This document shows, one piece after another, positions 35,703 to 45,198 of a stretch of 64,000 nt of DNA (the stretch's first letter is position 1; each line of letters starts with the position of its first letter). Position numbers and translations under genes: made by a program. This DNA is from a virus, in the IMG/VR virus record IMGVR_UViG_3300036791_001355, positions 11,506-75,505 of that record, one strand, 5' to 3'. Below the pieces are notes generated by a model, which was not told where the DNA came from, did not search any database, and was given only the letters and a program-made list of their open reading frames with translations.

Positions 35703-36029
35703 TTAGCTCCCTAGCTTGGCTTCCAGCGCCGCGATGCGCTGAATCAGCGGCTGCACCATGCCGTCGAGATAGGCTTTCGGCACCGCGTCGTAGGGCTCGA
35801 CCGGTGCCGTGCGGGGCAGCTTCAGCGGCTCGATCTGGCTGGGGTCGGGCAGGGTGGGAGGCGGCGGCGGATCGGGCACGTTGCCCTCGGCCAACCACGC
35901 CTCGTATTCGGCCCGGTCACGGTTAGCCGGATCGTTCGGGATGTGGGCCTGATCGGCGACGCGCAGGATGGTGTCCGAGACTTTCGTCGGGTCCATGCCG
36001 TCGCGAATCTGCTGGTAGGGTTGGGCCAT
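35703..36029 (-). CDS. tail-fibre-associated/assembly protein
   Basis: IPNDPANRDRAEYEAWLAEGNVPDP motif, typical downstream of fibre genes. Confidence 0.7.
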   Translation of the reverse strand: MAQPYQQIRDGMDPTKVSDTILRVADQAHIPNDPANRDRAEYEAWLAEGNVPDPPPPPTLPDPSQIEPLKLPRTAPVEPYDAVPKAYLDGMVQPLIQRIAALEAKLGS

Positions 36030-36030
36030 G

Positions 36031-37092
36031 TCAGATGTCCGCCGAGGCTGTAATGGTAAAATTCATACAGTTGTATCCAGCGGCATTAGCATTGGCTATC
36101 ACAGTCACGCCGCATCCAAGAGGCGTTAGGCTCACAAATGATGTTGGGCTACCTGTAGTGCCATAGTTGTTTAACATTACACACGTTGCACTAGCTCGCA
36201 TAGGCACCGGAAAATAGATACTGGAATATAGTTGCCCGCCCGCGGCAGCCGCATATAAACCGTTTACTGCTACCTGCGTAGGGCAATAAAACCGTTGGCA
36301 GCGTTGAAGGTCTGTCATCCAGTCAATTTTCTCCAACGGAGTCATTACATTTCCGACCTCAAGCTGCATACCCCAGAGTTGCACTACGCCGCTCTGCACG
36401 CCGATATTGCCAGCACTAGGACCGTTAGTGGTGCCGCTAGAGAAAAATATCTGAATTATCGTGAAGTCAGTACCGAGATTAGTGCCTAGCGTCTTCCCAA
36501 CTGTAGTCGGGATCGTCATTGTTACGCTGTAGCGAGCAGCGCTCGTGGTGATTGGCACGGCGGTGCCCGTGGGAGAAAACGAAACTGCGGTTGACGGTGA
36601 TCCTCCGGTGCCAAAAGACTGATAGCCATTGATGCCAAGCTTCAGGGCCGCGCCAGCCGACGCCAAGAAGCTCAGGGTCACGGTCTTGCCGCCAAGTCTG
36701 CGCACGTTCTCTATCGCGTGAACGATTTCATTGTATGCACCGGCTGCAGCATTGCCGGTGAAGGTATTCTGAAGAAGATATTGCACGGCGTCATCGCCAA
36801 CTACCGAACGCCAGCCATCAGTAGCTTGGATCAGATTAACGCTGGCCGTATCCGACGAGACATTCAGCGCCCACCGATCCGCCGTATAAGTCGCGGTCGT
36901 GGTCCACGGCCCAGCCCCACGTTGCTGGATATTGAAATACGGGTTATGCAGGAGGTTCCGTCCCGCATTATTAACGAACTGCGCCGCCGGGCTGCCACTA
37001 ACCCACTTCACCCCATCGTAGGTGTAGGTCAGCCCGTTGGAGCCGAGGACGGTCTGGCCGATGGTCAGCGGGGGATTGGGGAAATCGAACAT
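36031..37092 (-). CDS. putative receptor-binding/carbohydrate-binding tail protein, paralog 3
   Basis: GRNLLHNPYFNIQQRG..ADRW...GKTVTLSF...QLEVG...DLQRCQRF...ASADI. Confidence 0.7.
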   Translation of the reverse strand: MFDFPNPPLTIGQTVLGSNGLTYTYDGVKWVSGSPAAQFVNNAGRNLLHNPYFNIQQRGAGPWTTTATYTADRWALNVSSDTASVNLIQATDGWRSVVGDDAVQYLLQNTFTGNAAAGAYNEIVHAIENVRRLGGKTVTLSFLASAGAALKLGINGYQSFGTGGSPSTAVSFSPTGTAVPITTSAARYSVTMTIPTTVGKTLGTNLGTDFTIIQIFFSSGTTNGPSAGNIGVQSGVVQLWGMQLEVGNVMTPLEKIDWMTDLQRCQRFYCPTQVAVNGLYAAAAGGQLYSSIYFPVPMRASATCVMLNNYGTTGSPTSFVSLTPLGCGVTVIANANAAGYNCMNFTITASADI

Positions 37093-37095
37093 GGG

Positions 37096-38361
37096 TCAGA
37101 GGTCCGCCGACGCTGTCCAGTTAAATACGCCATAACCACCACCTGTCGCTGTGACAGCAACCACGCAAGTAAACCCAGTAACGTCGTTATCAGCCATCCT
37201 CGCCCCAGAACAATTCGAATAGGCTGGGGTGCCTATCACTGCCGTTGTTGGTGCTGCTCTCATCTGTACAGGAAGGCACCATGTGTTTCCTACCGTGCCT
37301 CCAGCCGAGCTGTTGCTGAAACAGACAACATACTTTCCTGTTTGGAAAAACCGTTGGCAGCGCTGAAGATCGAGCATCGGATCGATTTTCTCTAACGGCG
37401 TCATTACGGTGCCGACCTCACACTGGGCACCCCACAAGCTGACGGTACCGGACTGCACCCCAATATTGCCTGCGTTGTTCGCGTAGGTACTCCCGGAGGA
37501 TAGCCAGAACGCCACCTGCAAGTAGCTGTCATTGTTGGTGCCGTAGGTCATGCCAGCCGTGCTCGGGAGCGTGGCGGTCACGCTGTACCGCCGCCATGTC
37601 GTTGTGAGTGCGACCGGTGTTCCGGTGGGCCGGATCATTGCAGAGGGCGATCCGCCAGTACCAAAGAGCAGCAAATTGCCAACGCCCACTGACAGCGGCG
37701 TCGCGCTGCACATTGCCCAGAAACTGGTAGTGATCGTTTTGCCAGACAGACGATGAAGATTCTCTATCTGTTGGATTATCTGATGGTAATCGCCTGCGGC
37801 ACCAGTGCCGGTAAAGGTATCGACCACCTTATAGAGCGCTGCCTCATCGCCGATGGCGGCACGATCAGCATCGGTCATCGCGGTCAGGCTCATGCTGCCG
37901 CTACCGCCGCTCCACCCGATGCTCCAGCGATCAGCCGTAAATCCGGGCGTCGTGAAGGAAGTACCGCGCTGCTGAATATTAAAATATGGATTGTGCAGGG
38001 CATTCCTGCCGACGTTATAGCCGCTCTGCGCGCTGGTGACCCCGGTCACCCATTGCGCGTTCTGGCGCAGGTAGGCGTTGGCGTCCTGCGGTGCGTCGGC
38101 CAGCGTGCCCTGCGGGGTGGCGGGCACCCATTGCGAGCTGTTACCATCGTTGTAGTACAGCATCAGGGCCAGCCCGATGCTGTCCCACCAGAGCTGCCCG
38201 TTGGCCGGATTGGCGGGCGGGCTGTCGCCGACCGCCAGCGCGTTGCCGCCCGTCACCAGCCACTTGGTGCCGTCGTACAGCCAGGAGGTGGCGCCGTTCG
38301 GGCTGGTATAGGTCTGGCCAGTGGTGACCGGCGGGTCGGGGAAGTTGAGGGCGCCCGACAT
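37096..38361 (-). CDS. putative receptor-binding/carbohydrate-binding tail protein, paralog 2
   Basis: same core motifs plus LWWDS and ADAP N-terminal modules. Confidence 0.7.
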   Translation of the reverse strand: MSGALNFPDPPVTTGQTYTSPNGATSWLYDGTKWLVTGGNALAVGDSPPANPANGQLWWDSIGLALMLYYNDGNSSQWVPATPQGTLADAPQDANAYLRQNAQWVTGVTSAQSGYNVGRNALHNPYFNIQQRGTSFTTPGFTADRWSIGWSGGSGSMSLTAMTDADRAAIGDEAALYKVVDTFTGTGAAGDYHQIIQQIENLHRLSGKTITTSFWAMCSATPLSVGVGNLLLFGTGGSPSAMIRPTGTPVALTTTWRRYSVTATLPSTAGMTYGTNNDSYLQVAFWLSSGSTYANNAGNIGVQSGTVSLWGAQCEVGTVMTPLEKIDPMLDLQRCQRFFQTGKYVVCFSNSSAGGTVGNTWCLPVQMRAAPTTAVIGTPAYSNCSGARMADNDVTGFTCVVAVTATGGGYGVFNWTASADL

Positions 38362-39638
38362 CAGAGATCGGCCGAGGCTGTATAGCCAGAGGTAACTTGC
38401 CCCCCTCCAGTAGCGGTAAAGGTAAACCAGTAACCAATACCGTTGGCATCGAGAGCCGCTGTAGCGAGGGCCGAACCGTTGGTATAAGCGATGTTGTAAA
38501 GCCCCACAGTGGGTGCGGCTCGCATTGGAACGGGAAACAACATACGACTAGCGGGGCCTTGGCCGGCAACGTGATAGCCCGCTAAATAGATTGCACCAAC
38601 CTGATAAAAGCGTTGGCAGCGCTGAAGGTCAGTCATGGGGTCAATTTTCTCTAGCGGGGTCATTACGTTTCCGACCTCGATCTGGACTCCCCAGAGGTTG
38701 ATGGCGCCGGATTGGACGCCGACGTTGCCGGCACGAGTAGCGAGAGCCGAACCGGCAGTTGGCCAAAAGTTAAAATTCGTATAGTCATTGGCATTCGTGC
38801 CAAGTGTCATACCCGCCGCACTCGGCAATGAAAGCGTCAATGAGTAGCGGGCAAATGCCGTTGTCATTGTCACCGCTTGCCCAGAACCAAGGACGCTGGA
38901 GGACGGCGAGCCGCCAGTGCCGAAACTCTGATCTAATGAGACACCTAATTTCAGTCCCGCTGATGATGCGATAGCCCAGAATGACACCGTGACCGTCTTG
39001 CCAGCCAGTCGCCTCACTCCTTCGATACGTTCAGAGAAGTAAGCATGATCACTGGCGCCGGACGTTCCAGTGAACTGGATACCGGCGACGTTGGTGCAAC
39101 TCTCATCACCGATTTGCGAACGATTGGCGTCGGTTGCGACGTTCTGTGTCACAGACATTGACGCGCCCGTGCCATAGAAGCCCATCACCCAACGGTCCAT
39201 GGTGTAAGCACCACTCACCGTCCAGTTTCCCGACCCGCGCTGAGCGACGTTGAAATATGGGTTCTGGATGACATTGCGACCAACGTTGTCCGCCACTGCT
39301 GGGAGCGTCGCTACCTGGGTCCACGCTGCCGCGCGCCGGGCATAGGCATAGGCATCGTTGGGCGCGTCGGCCATGCCGCCGGTCAGCTGGTTGACCGCCA
39401 CCACCCACTGTTTCGAGGTGCCATCGTCGATGTAGACGAAAAGCTGGCCCGACACGGTATCCCACCACTCGTTTCCATTGCTCGGGTTGGCTGGAGGGGT
39501 GGCCCCGACGGTGATGCTGGCGCTGCCGCCGCTACCCCCGCCGGTGATCGGCATCCACTTGATGCCGTCGTACAGCCACGACGCGCCGCCGCCGGTAAAG
39601 ACGGTGTTGACCGGCGGATTGGCGGGGAAGTCCAGCAT
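38361..39638 (-). CDS. putative receptor-binding/carbohydrate-binding tail protein, paralog 1
   Basis: same core motifs plus WWDT and ADAP N-terminal modules. Confidence 0.7.
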   Translation of the reverse strand: MLDFPANPPVNTVFTGGGASWLYDGIKWMPITGGGSGGSASITVGATPPANPSNGNEWWDTVSGQLFVYIDDGTSKQWVVAVNQLTGGMADAPNDAYAYARRAAAWTQVATLPAVADNVGRNVIQNPYFNVAQRGSGNWTVSGAYTMDRWVMGFYGTGASMSVTQNVATDANRSQIGDESCTNVAGIQFTGTSGASDHAYFSERIEGVRRLAGKTVTVSFWAIASSAGLKLGVSLDQSFGTGGSPSSSVLGSGQAVTMTTAFARYSLTLSLPSAAGMTLGTNANDYTNFNFWPTAGSALATRAGNVGVQSGAINLWGVQIEVGNVMTPLEKIDPMTDLQRCQRFYQVGAIYLAGYHVAGQGPASRMLFPVPMRAAPTVGLYNIAYTNGSALATAALDANGIGYWFTFTATGGGQVTSGYTASADL

Positions 39639-41462
39639 TCACCGCGCTTCCAGCGCCGCTACCCGCGCCACCAGGGCCTCGTTCTGCGCCGCCAGCTGCT
39701 CGACCATGGCGCTGAGTTCCTGCACCGCGTTGACCATGGCGTAGTCGAGCCGCTCGGTTCTGATGTGGCGCATGTCATCGACTTCCTCGCCATCGACATA
39801 GCCCGGGTGGCGATAGATCAGCTCCGGCCAGAACTCCTCGGCATCCTGGGCAACGATCCCCGCATGCACAGTGGTGGTATCGCGGGGCTGCCTGGGCGGG
39901 GCAGGGTCCAACTGCGGATCGCGCTTGGGATTGTCGTCGTTGCCCTTCCATGTGAAGTCCATCACCTTGAGGCGCTTGATCTCATCGAGTCCGCGCTGGT
40001 GCGGACCGATGACGTTCTTGATCCGCGCGTCGCTGGTATTGGCAACGATGTAGCAGTAGTTGCCGCCGTCGATGTAGAGGTAGGTGGCGTGGTTGCCGTC
40101 GATGGACGCCATGAACCAATGGCCGGTGGCCGAGAAATAAACGCCGTTGCCGTTGTTGGACTGACAGCCGCCATTGCAGACGCACTGCCCGTCTACCTGG
40201 GCGGTGCCTGTCGTATGCATGTAGGTGCAGGTGACTGCGGCGCGTGGCCAAATGTTGCCGGCAGTATCAATGTAGAAATTAGTCGTGCCGTTCTCGACGA
40301 AAGTCCAATTGCCGTTGCTGGAGTCGCGATTGAGACGATAGGCCCAGTTATTCGGCGAGATGCCGCAATTGCTGCCGGTGCAGTAAAACACGTCGCCCGT
40401 GCTGCAGGCGGCGTTGGAATGCATGGAACCATTGACCTGCAAATTCCCGTAAGAAGCCAGATAGTTCGCGTACATCCCCTGCGCCACCAGCGCATTGCCA
40501 GAGCTGTCGATGTGCATCCGTTCCGCACCGGCACTGTTGTCCCACACCGTCCAGTTGCCATTATTGAAACAGCCGGTCAGCCAAGAGCGGACGTTCGTGC
40601 AAGTAAAGTCAACACAGGCATGGTTGGCTTGCGGCGAGGTGAGGTAAAGGTAACCCGCTGAATTAACGGAGAGTGTGTTATTGACGGTCAGAGTGCCGTC
40701 CGCCTGCATATTGCCAGTGCTGTGGACATAGCCCCCGGTCAGGGTGCTGCTGGCGGTAACGTTGGTCGTGCTCAGCGTGCCCGTCGCCGACAGGCTCATC
40801 ACCGACGTCCACGTCACCTGCGCACCGGCCGCGCCAGCGGGGGCGTTCAGCCAAGCGAAGCTGCCATCGGGCTGGGATTGCGTGGCCGAGGCCGCGCTGG
40901 TGCCGAGATATCTGAACAGTCCGGTGGTGTTGGAGATATACGCCCCCGAGACCAGTCGCGCGTTCAGCCCGGATGGCGCCACCGCGCCCGCGCCTGCCGT
41001 CATCAGCGTGCCGGGCAGGGCGTCGGCGGGAATGGCGGTGCCGCCCAGCCCCAGGCTGCCGGGGCCGTTCAGCGTGCCGCCGCTGATCGGCAGCACCTGC
41101 CACCAGCCATTCTGGTAGCGGCCATAGGTATGGCTGTCGACCGGCGCATCGGCGATGCCGCTGCTATTGGAGGCGGCCACCCACTGACTCGTATTTGGAT
41201 CGGTATAGTAAATGAAAAGCTGGCCCGAGACGCTGTCCCACCACAGTTTCCCCGCTGTCGGGGAGGCGGGCGCGGTGTCGGAGATGGTCACCGACATGAC
41301 GTAGGACTGGAGATAGCGCAGCGGCACGGCATCGAGCGGCTGCACCGGGTCTTGGTAGAGGGTGAAGCCGCCCTGCATGATGCCGCCCGCCAGCAGCAGA
41401 CGGGCGTTCAGGGCCGCGTTGACCTCGTTGGCATCGGCGGGCTGACCGGGCGAGATCGGCAT
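39639..41462 (-). CDS. tail fibre with C-terminal intramolecular chaperone (peptidase S74-like)
   Basis: SDARIKN...GLDEI..L...F.W...GIVAQD....PELI...MVNAVQEL plus coiled coil. Confidence 0.8.
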   Translation of the reverse strand: MPISPGQPADANEVNAALNARLLLAGGIMQGGFTLYQDPVQPLDAVPLRYLQSYVMSVTISDTAPASPTAGKLWWDSVSGQLFIYYTDPNTSQWVAASNSSGIADAPVDSHTYGRYQNGWWQVLPISGGTLNGPGSLGLGGTAIPADALPGTLMTAGAGAVAPSGLNARLVSGAYISNTTGLFRYLGTSAASATQSQPDGSFAWLNAPAGAAGAQVTWTSVMSLSATGTLSTTNVTASSTLTGGYVHSTGNMQADGTLTVNNTLSVNSAGYLYLTSPQANHACVDFTCTNVRSWLTGCFNNGNWTVWDNSAGAERMHIDSSGNALVAQGMYANYLASYGNLQVNGSMHSNAACSTGDVFYCTGSNCGISPNNWAYRLNRDSSNGNWTFVENGTTNFYIDTAGNIWPRAAVTCTYMHTTGTAQVDGQCVCNGGCQSNNGNGVYFSATGHWFMASIDGNHATYLYIDGGNYCYIVANTSDARIKNVIGPHQRGLDEIKRLKVMDFTWKGNDDNPKRDPQLDPAPPRQPRDTTTVHAGIVAQDAEEFWPELIYRHPGYVDGEEVDDMRHIRTERLDYAMVNAVQELSAMVEQLAAQNEALVARVAALEAR

Positions 41463-41463
41463 G

Positions 41464-42651
41464 TCAGCGCGCCTCCAACGCCGCCACGCGGGCGGTCAGT
41501 TCCTGCACCGCGTTGATCAGCGCGAAATTCAGCTGCTCCAGGCGCAGATAGCGCAGATCGTCGACCGCGTTGCCGTCGATATGGCCCTGACGGCGGGCCA
41601 CCAGTTCGGGCCAGAACTCCTCGACGTCCTGCGCCATGATGCCAGGGTGCACCGTGGTGGTGTCGCGGGGCGGCAGGTCCGGGGCAGGCGATACTTTCTC
41701 TGCCGCGCTGGGATCGTCGTCGTTGCCCTTCCACGTGTAGTCCATCACCCGCAGACGGTTGATGTCGGCCAGCCCGCGCTGATGCGGCCCGACCACGTTC
41801 TTAATCCTGGCGTCGCTGGTGTTGGCGGTGATGTAGCACCAGTTCCGGCCATCGACGTAAAGATAGGTGGTGCCGTTGCCGTCCACCGAGGCCATGAACC
41901 AATGACCGACGGCGGAGAAATAGACGCCCTGGCTGCCGTTGGACTGACAGCCGCCATTGGCAATTAGCTGGCCGTCGATCTGCCCGTTGCCGGTCGAATG
42001 CACGTAGCCGCCCTGCACCGTGCCGCCGCAGGTCAGGTTGCTATTGGCATTCACCGTGCCGTTGACCTGGGCGCCGCCGTCGATCTGCAAGCTGCCGGTG
42101 GAGTGAATCCAGCCGCCGACCAGGGAGTTGGGCGTGGAGATATTGCCCTGGCACCAGAGATTGCCGCTGCCATCGAGCGTGGCATACCAGTTGCCATTCA
42201 TCGACCAGATGCGCATGCCGTCGCTCTCGCGCCAGCAATCGTACCAGTTGGCGGCCCAGTTCAGCAGCCGCAGGTTGCCTGAGCGACCGAGGTAGAAATC
42301 ACTGACCTGATTATAGGCGGCGTTGACGTTGTTGTCGCATAACGTGCTGCCGCCGATGTGGTGATGGTTGCCGCCCGCGCCGCCGATGGTGAAGCGGTAA
42401 GAGCCGGCGGTCTCATCAGCGATGGCAAGGGTGCCGGTGTTGTCGCAGCCCGCCGACCACGTGCGCGCGCCCGCCACGGTGTAGCGGATGCGCGAGTAGA
42501 AGCCACTCGGCACGTTGACATTGATGGGATCGCTGCCGGGGGCATTCATCGCCACCGGCCCGGTGAGTATGCCGCCCGCCAGCGCGAGGCGTGCGTTGAT
42601 CGCGTTGTTGACATCCGCCGCGAGCGCGGGCTGGCCGGTGACGATTGCCAT
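41464..42651 (-). CDS. tail fibre with C-terminal intramolecular chaperone (peptidase S74-like)
   Basis: SDARIKN...GIMAQDVEE.WPELV...LINAVQEL. Confidence 0.8.
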   Translation of the reverse strand: MAIVTGQPALAADVNNAINARLALAGGILTGPVAMNAPGSDPINVNVPSGFYSRIRYTVAGARTWSAGCDNTGTLAIADETAGSYRFTIGGAGGNHHHIGGSTLCDNNVNAAYNQVSDFYLGRSGNLRLLNWAANWYDCWRESDGMRIWSMNGNWYATLDGSGNLWCQGNISTPNSLVGGWIHSTGSLQIDGGAQVNGTVNANSNLTCGGTVQGGYVHSTGNGQIDGQLIANGGCQSNGSQGVYFSAVGHWFMASVDGNGTTYLYVDGRNWCYITANTSDARIKNVVGPHQRGLADINRLRVMDYTWKGNDDDPSAAEKVSPAPDLPPRDTTTVHPGIMAQDVEEFWPELVARRQGHIDGNAVDDLRYLRLEQLNFALINAVQELTARVAALEAR

Positions 42652-42660
42652 GACCGGTCC

Positions 42661-43059
42661 CTATGCCAACGTAATGACTAGCGATCCCACGGCGATGACG
42701 AGGCTGTCACCCGAAGCCAGCGTGCGCGCCGTCGCCAAGGTGCCGTAGTAGAGCATGTTGCCCGCTGCCGCCGCCGTGGTGTCCCACACCTGAATGCCGG
42801 TGATGGCCGCCGATGACAGCGCCGGACCGAAGGTCATGGCCGACGAGTTCGAGGCGCTGCCCGCAGGCGAGGAGGCGCCGGGGAACGGACAGGTGGCGCG
42901 GCTCAGCCCCGAGCCGGTGCCGATCTCCGATCCGGAGACGGAACTGGGCGCCCCCAGCGCCAACCCCACCGACCAGTTGGCCGGCCGCGTCGGGATCGCC
43001 CCGCCGAGGCTCCAGTCCAGCATAGCCTTTTGCATGTACGCAGCGATCCCGGCCATCAC
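42661..43059 (-). CDS. small tail-fibre-associated structural protein
   Basis: SNSSAMTFG....ITGIQVWD....GNMLYYG.L...RT...GD pattern. Confidence 0.65.
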   Translation of the reverse strand: MMAGIAAYMQKAMLDWSLGGAIPTRPANWSVGLALGAPSSVSGSEIGTGSGLSRATCPFPGASSPAGSASNSSAMTFGPALSSAAITGIQVWDTTAAAAGNMLYYGTLATARTLASGDSLVIAVGSLVITLA

Positions 43060-43814
43060 TCTGTCTCCTTGATATCCTCGCGTATCGGGTCGGCTTCATG
43101 TACCGCGAGATAGCTCATGAAGCAGGGAAGCAGGACGTAGCCGCGCTCTTCCAGCCACGCGCGCAGCGCCGCGTCGTCGCTCTTGATCTTCTCGATCAGC
43201 ATCACGGGATGGAAGGTGCGTAGCAGCGCATTGGCGCCCTGCAGCACCGCCAGTTCCATGCCCTCGACATCGAGCTTGATGAAATCCACCCGCAGGATCG
43301 GCACTTCATCCAGCGGGATCGACGGCACCGGCATGGTGCGGCTGATGTCCTGGCCGATGTTCTCGCCAGGACGGTCCTCGCCCAACTCGACGCTGCCATA
43401 GCTGCCCGGTTGGTCATAGTCGGGCTGCGGCACATCGACCCAGCCGACACGGTCGCTGAGCACGTTCAGACGCGCGCTGGCGTTGGTCAGGTTGTTGAGG
43501 CAGATGTTGCCCGCCAGGGCATAGAACAGCCGCTCCTGGGCTTCTATGGCCAGCACACGGCCCCATCCCTGCATCACCCGTGCCATGGCCAGCGTGTGGG
43601 TGCCGATATTGGCCCCGGCATCGACCGCCATGACGCCGTCGCCCCGGTATTTGCGCCGCAGCCGCAGCAGTTCGCAGCACAGCGACACCTCGGCGGGATC
43701 GAAGCTGCCGGTGTCCAATAGCTGGCCGCCAACGCCTTGCCAGCCGGGACCGTAATCGAGCCGGGGCACCAGCATGCTGCCGTGCTCGGTGGCGGCCAGC
43801 ACAAAGGCGATCAC
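43056..43814 (-). CDS. FkbM-family methyltransferase
   Basis: VDAGANIGTHT, AIEAQ, VDFIKLDVEGMELAVLQGA...PVMLIE; GTGA overlap start. Confidence 0.9.
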   Translation of the reverse strand: MIAFVLAATEHGSMLVPRLDYGPGWQGVGGQLLDTGSFDPAEVSLCCELLRLRRKYRGDGVMAVDAGANIGTHTLAMARVMQGWGRVLAIEAQERLFYALAGNICLNNLTNASARLNVLSDRVGWVDVPQPDYDQPGSYGSVELGEDRPGENIGQDISRTMPVPSIPLDEVPILRVDFIKLDVEGMELAVLQGANALLRTFHPVMLIEKIKSDDAALRAWLEERGYVLLPCFMSYLAVHEADPIREDIKETE

Positions 43815-44971
43815 TCCGCTGCCTGCGGCACCTCGGGCGCCGCCTGGGCGAACCACTTGGCGGTCTCCATCAGCTGCTCGGGGTTGATGTCAGCGATGCA
43901 CGCCGCCGCCTCCGCGTGCTCGGCTTTGCGACACGTTTCGATACTATCATGAAGGCGGTGGCATGGCCAGCACGGTACCCGCTCCTGATCGGCGTGCAGC
44001 GTCGCGGTGTAGCGCCAGTGCTTGGTGATGTTTTCCTCGCTGGCGTGGCTCAGCAGCACGATCTTGCCAATGTCCCCGCGCATCGCCACCGACCACATCG
44101 GCCCGGTGTCGGGGCCGATCACCAGGGTGCACAGCCGCAGCTGCGACAGCGTGCGCCGGATCGGCCATAGCGGCTCGGGCTTGTCGGCGAGCTTGATGTG
44201 CACCGCATCGGGTTCCACCGACCAGCCTTGCGTCTCGGTGCCGGGCGAAATGGCCTGATGCAGGCCGGCGAGCGAGCCGTTCTGCGCCTCCACTTGCTCC
44301 ATGATCGCTTTCGAGATGGCGAAGTCACGCGGCCCGGAGCCGAACATGATGACCGGCCAGCCGATTTCCTTGATCAGCCGCGCCACCACCATCGACGAGT
44401 AGGGATAGATTTTGTCGATGCGGCTGCCCGAGACGCACCAGCCGATGACCTCGGTGCTGCCGAGCTTGCGCTGCGTCGCCAACGCTTTGTCCCGCTCCTG
44501 CTCGGTGGGGAAAAAATCGGGCGCGAACTGATAGGGCACCTCGGCGATGTCGTGCACGTACTCGAGATAAGACCGCCCGCACAGCTTGCGACGCATGGAA
44601 TCCGGCCAGTTGAAAGCTGTCTGTGCCTGCACCAGGGCCAGCGCTACCTCGCAGGAATGGGAGAGATGCACGAACTTCGCCACTTCGCGGGCGCGGGCGG
44701 TGAACCATTGCTGCCATTCGATGCCGCCGTGCTGCGGCAGGTCTTCCGGCTTTTTGAGCACCAGCTTGGCGATGTGCGGGTTGTGCTCGAACACCGCCGA
44801 TGCCGGTTCCTGGGTGATCACCTCGACGAGATAATCGCGCGCCAGCAGGGGCAGAATCGACGAGGCGATGAGGTTATCGCCGATGGAGCCCATGCGGCAG
44901 ACGGTGGCCCACTGGGTCGCTCGAAAGCTCGCTCCCGCAGCGAGGTCGCTCGAAACCTCGCTCCCGGTCAC
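43811..44971 (-). CDS. glycosyltransferase family 9-like protein
   Basis: RMGSIGDNLI, FEHNPHI, LVIGPDTGPMWSVA, CWPCH...C. Confidence 0.8.
   Translation of the reverse strand: MTGSEVSSDLAAGASFRATQWATVCRMGSIGDNLIASSILPLLARDYLVEVITQEPASAVFEHNPHIAKLVLKKPEDLPQHGGIEWQQWFTARAREVAKFVHLSHSCEVALALVQAQTAFNWPDSMRRKLCGRSYLEYVHDIAEVPYQFAPDFFPTEQERDKALATQRKLGSTEVIGWCVSGSRIDKIYPYSSMVVARLIKEIGWPVIMFGSGPRDFAISKAIMEQVEAQNGSLAGLHQAISPGTETQGWSVEPDAVHIKLADKPEPLWPIRRTLSQLRLCTLVIGPDTGPMWSVAMRGDIGKIVLLSHASEENITKHWRYTATLHADQERVPCWPCHRLHDSIETCRKAEHAEAAACIADINPEQLMETAKWFAQAAPEVPQAAE
44914..44966 (+). repeat. dimer of the 24-nt element joined by CAGCG
   Basis: GGGTCGCTCGAAAGCTCGCTCCCG-CAGCG-AGGTCGCTCGAAACCTCGCTCCCG, at the 5' end of the GT9 gene. 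Confidence 0.9.
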
Positions 44972-45198
44972 CCCGCCGATGACCCCGAGCCCATGATGGA
45001 GATTTCGCCCGGGCCGATGACATGGACGCGCCCCCCCGCATGGAGCGCAGCGGAGTGCGCTTCCTTGGCAGCCTGCGGTGGCGGCTCCTGGCGCGGCGGC
45101 TCCTTGGGCGGCTCCTCCTGCGGCAGTGGCGGCGGCTGCCCCGGCGGCGGCGGCTGCACTGGTTCCGGCGGCGGGTCGCCCGGCGGCTTGTCGCTCAT
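44968..45198 (-). CDS. small Pro-rich protein
   Basis: AAGGAG RBS; ATGA/GTGA coupling on both sides. Confidence 0.5.
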   Translation of the reverse strand: MSDKPPGDPPPEPVQPPPPGQPPPLPQEEPPKEPPRQEPPPQAAKEAHSAALHAGGRVHVIGPGEISIMGSGSSAG

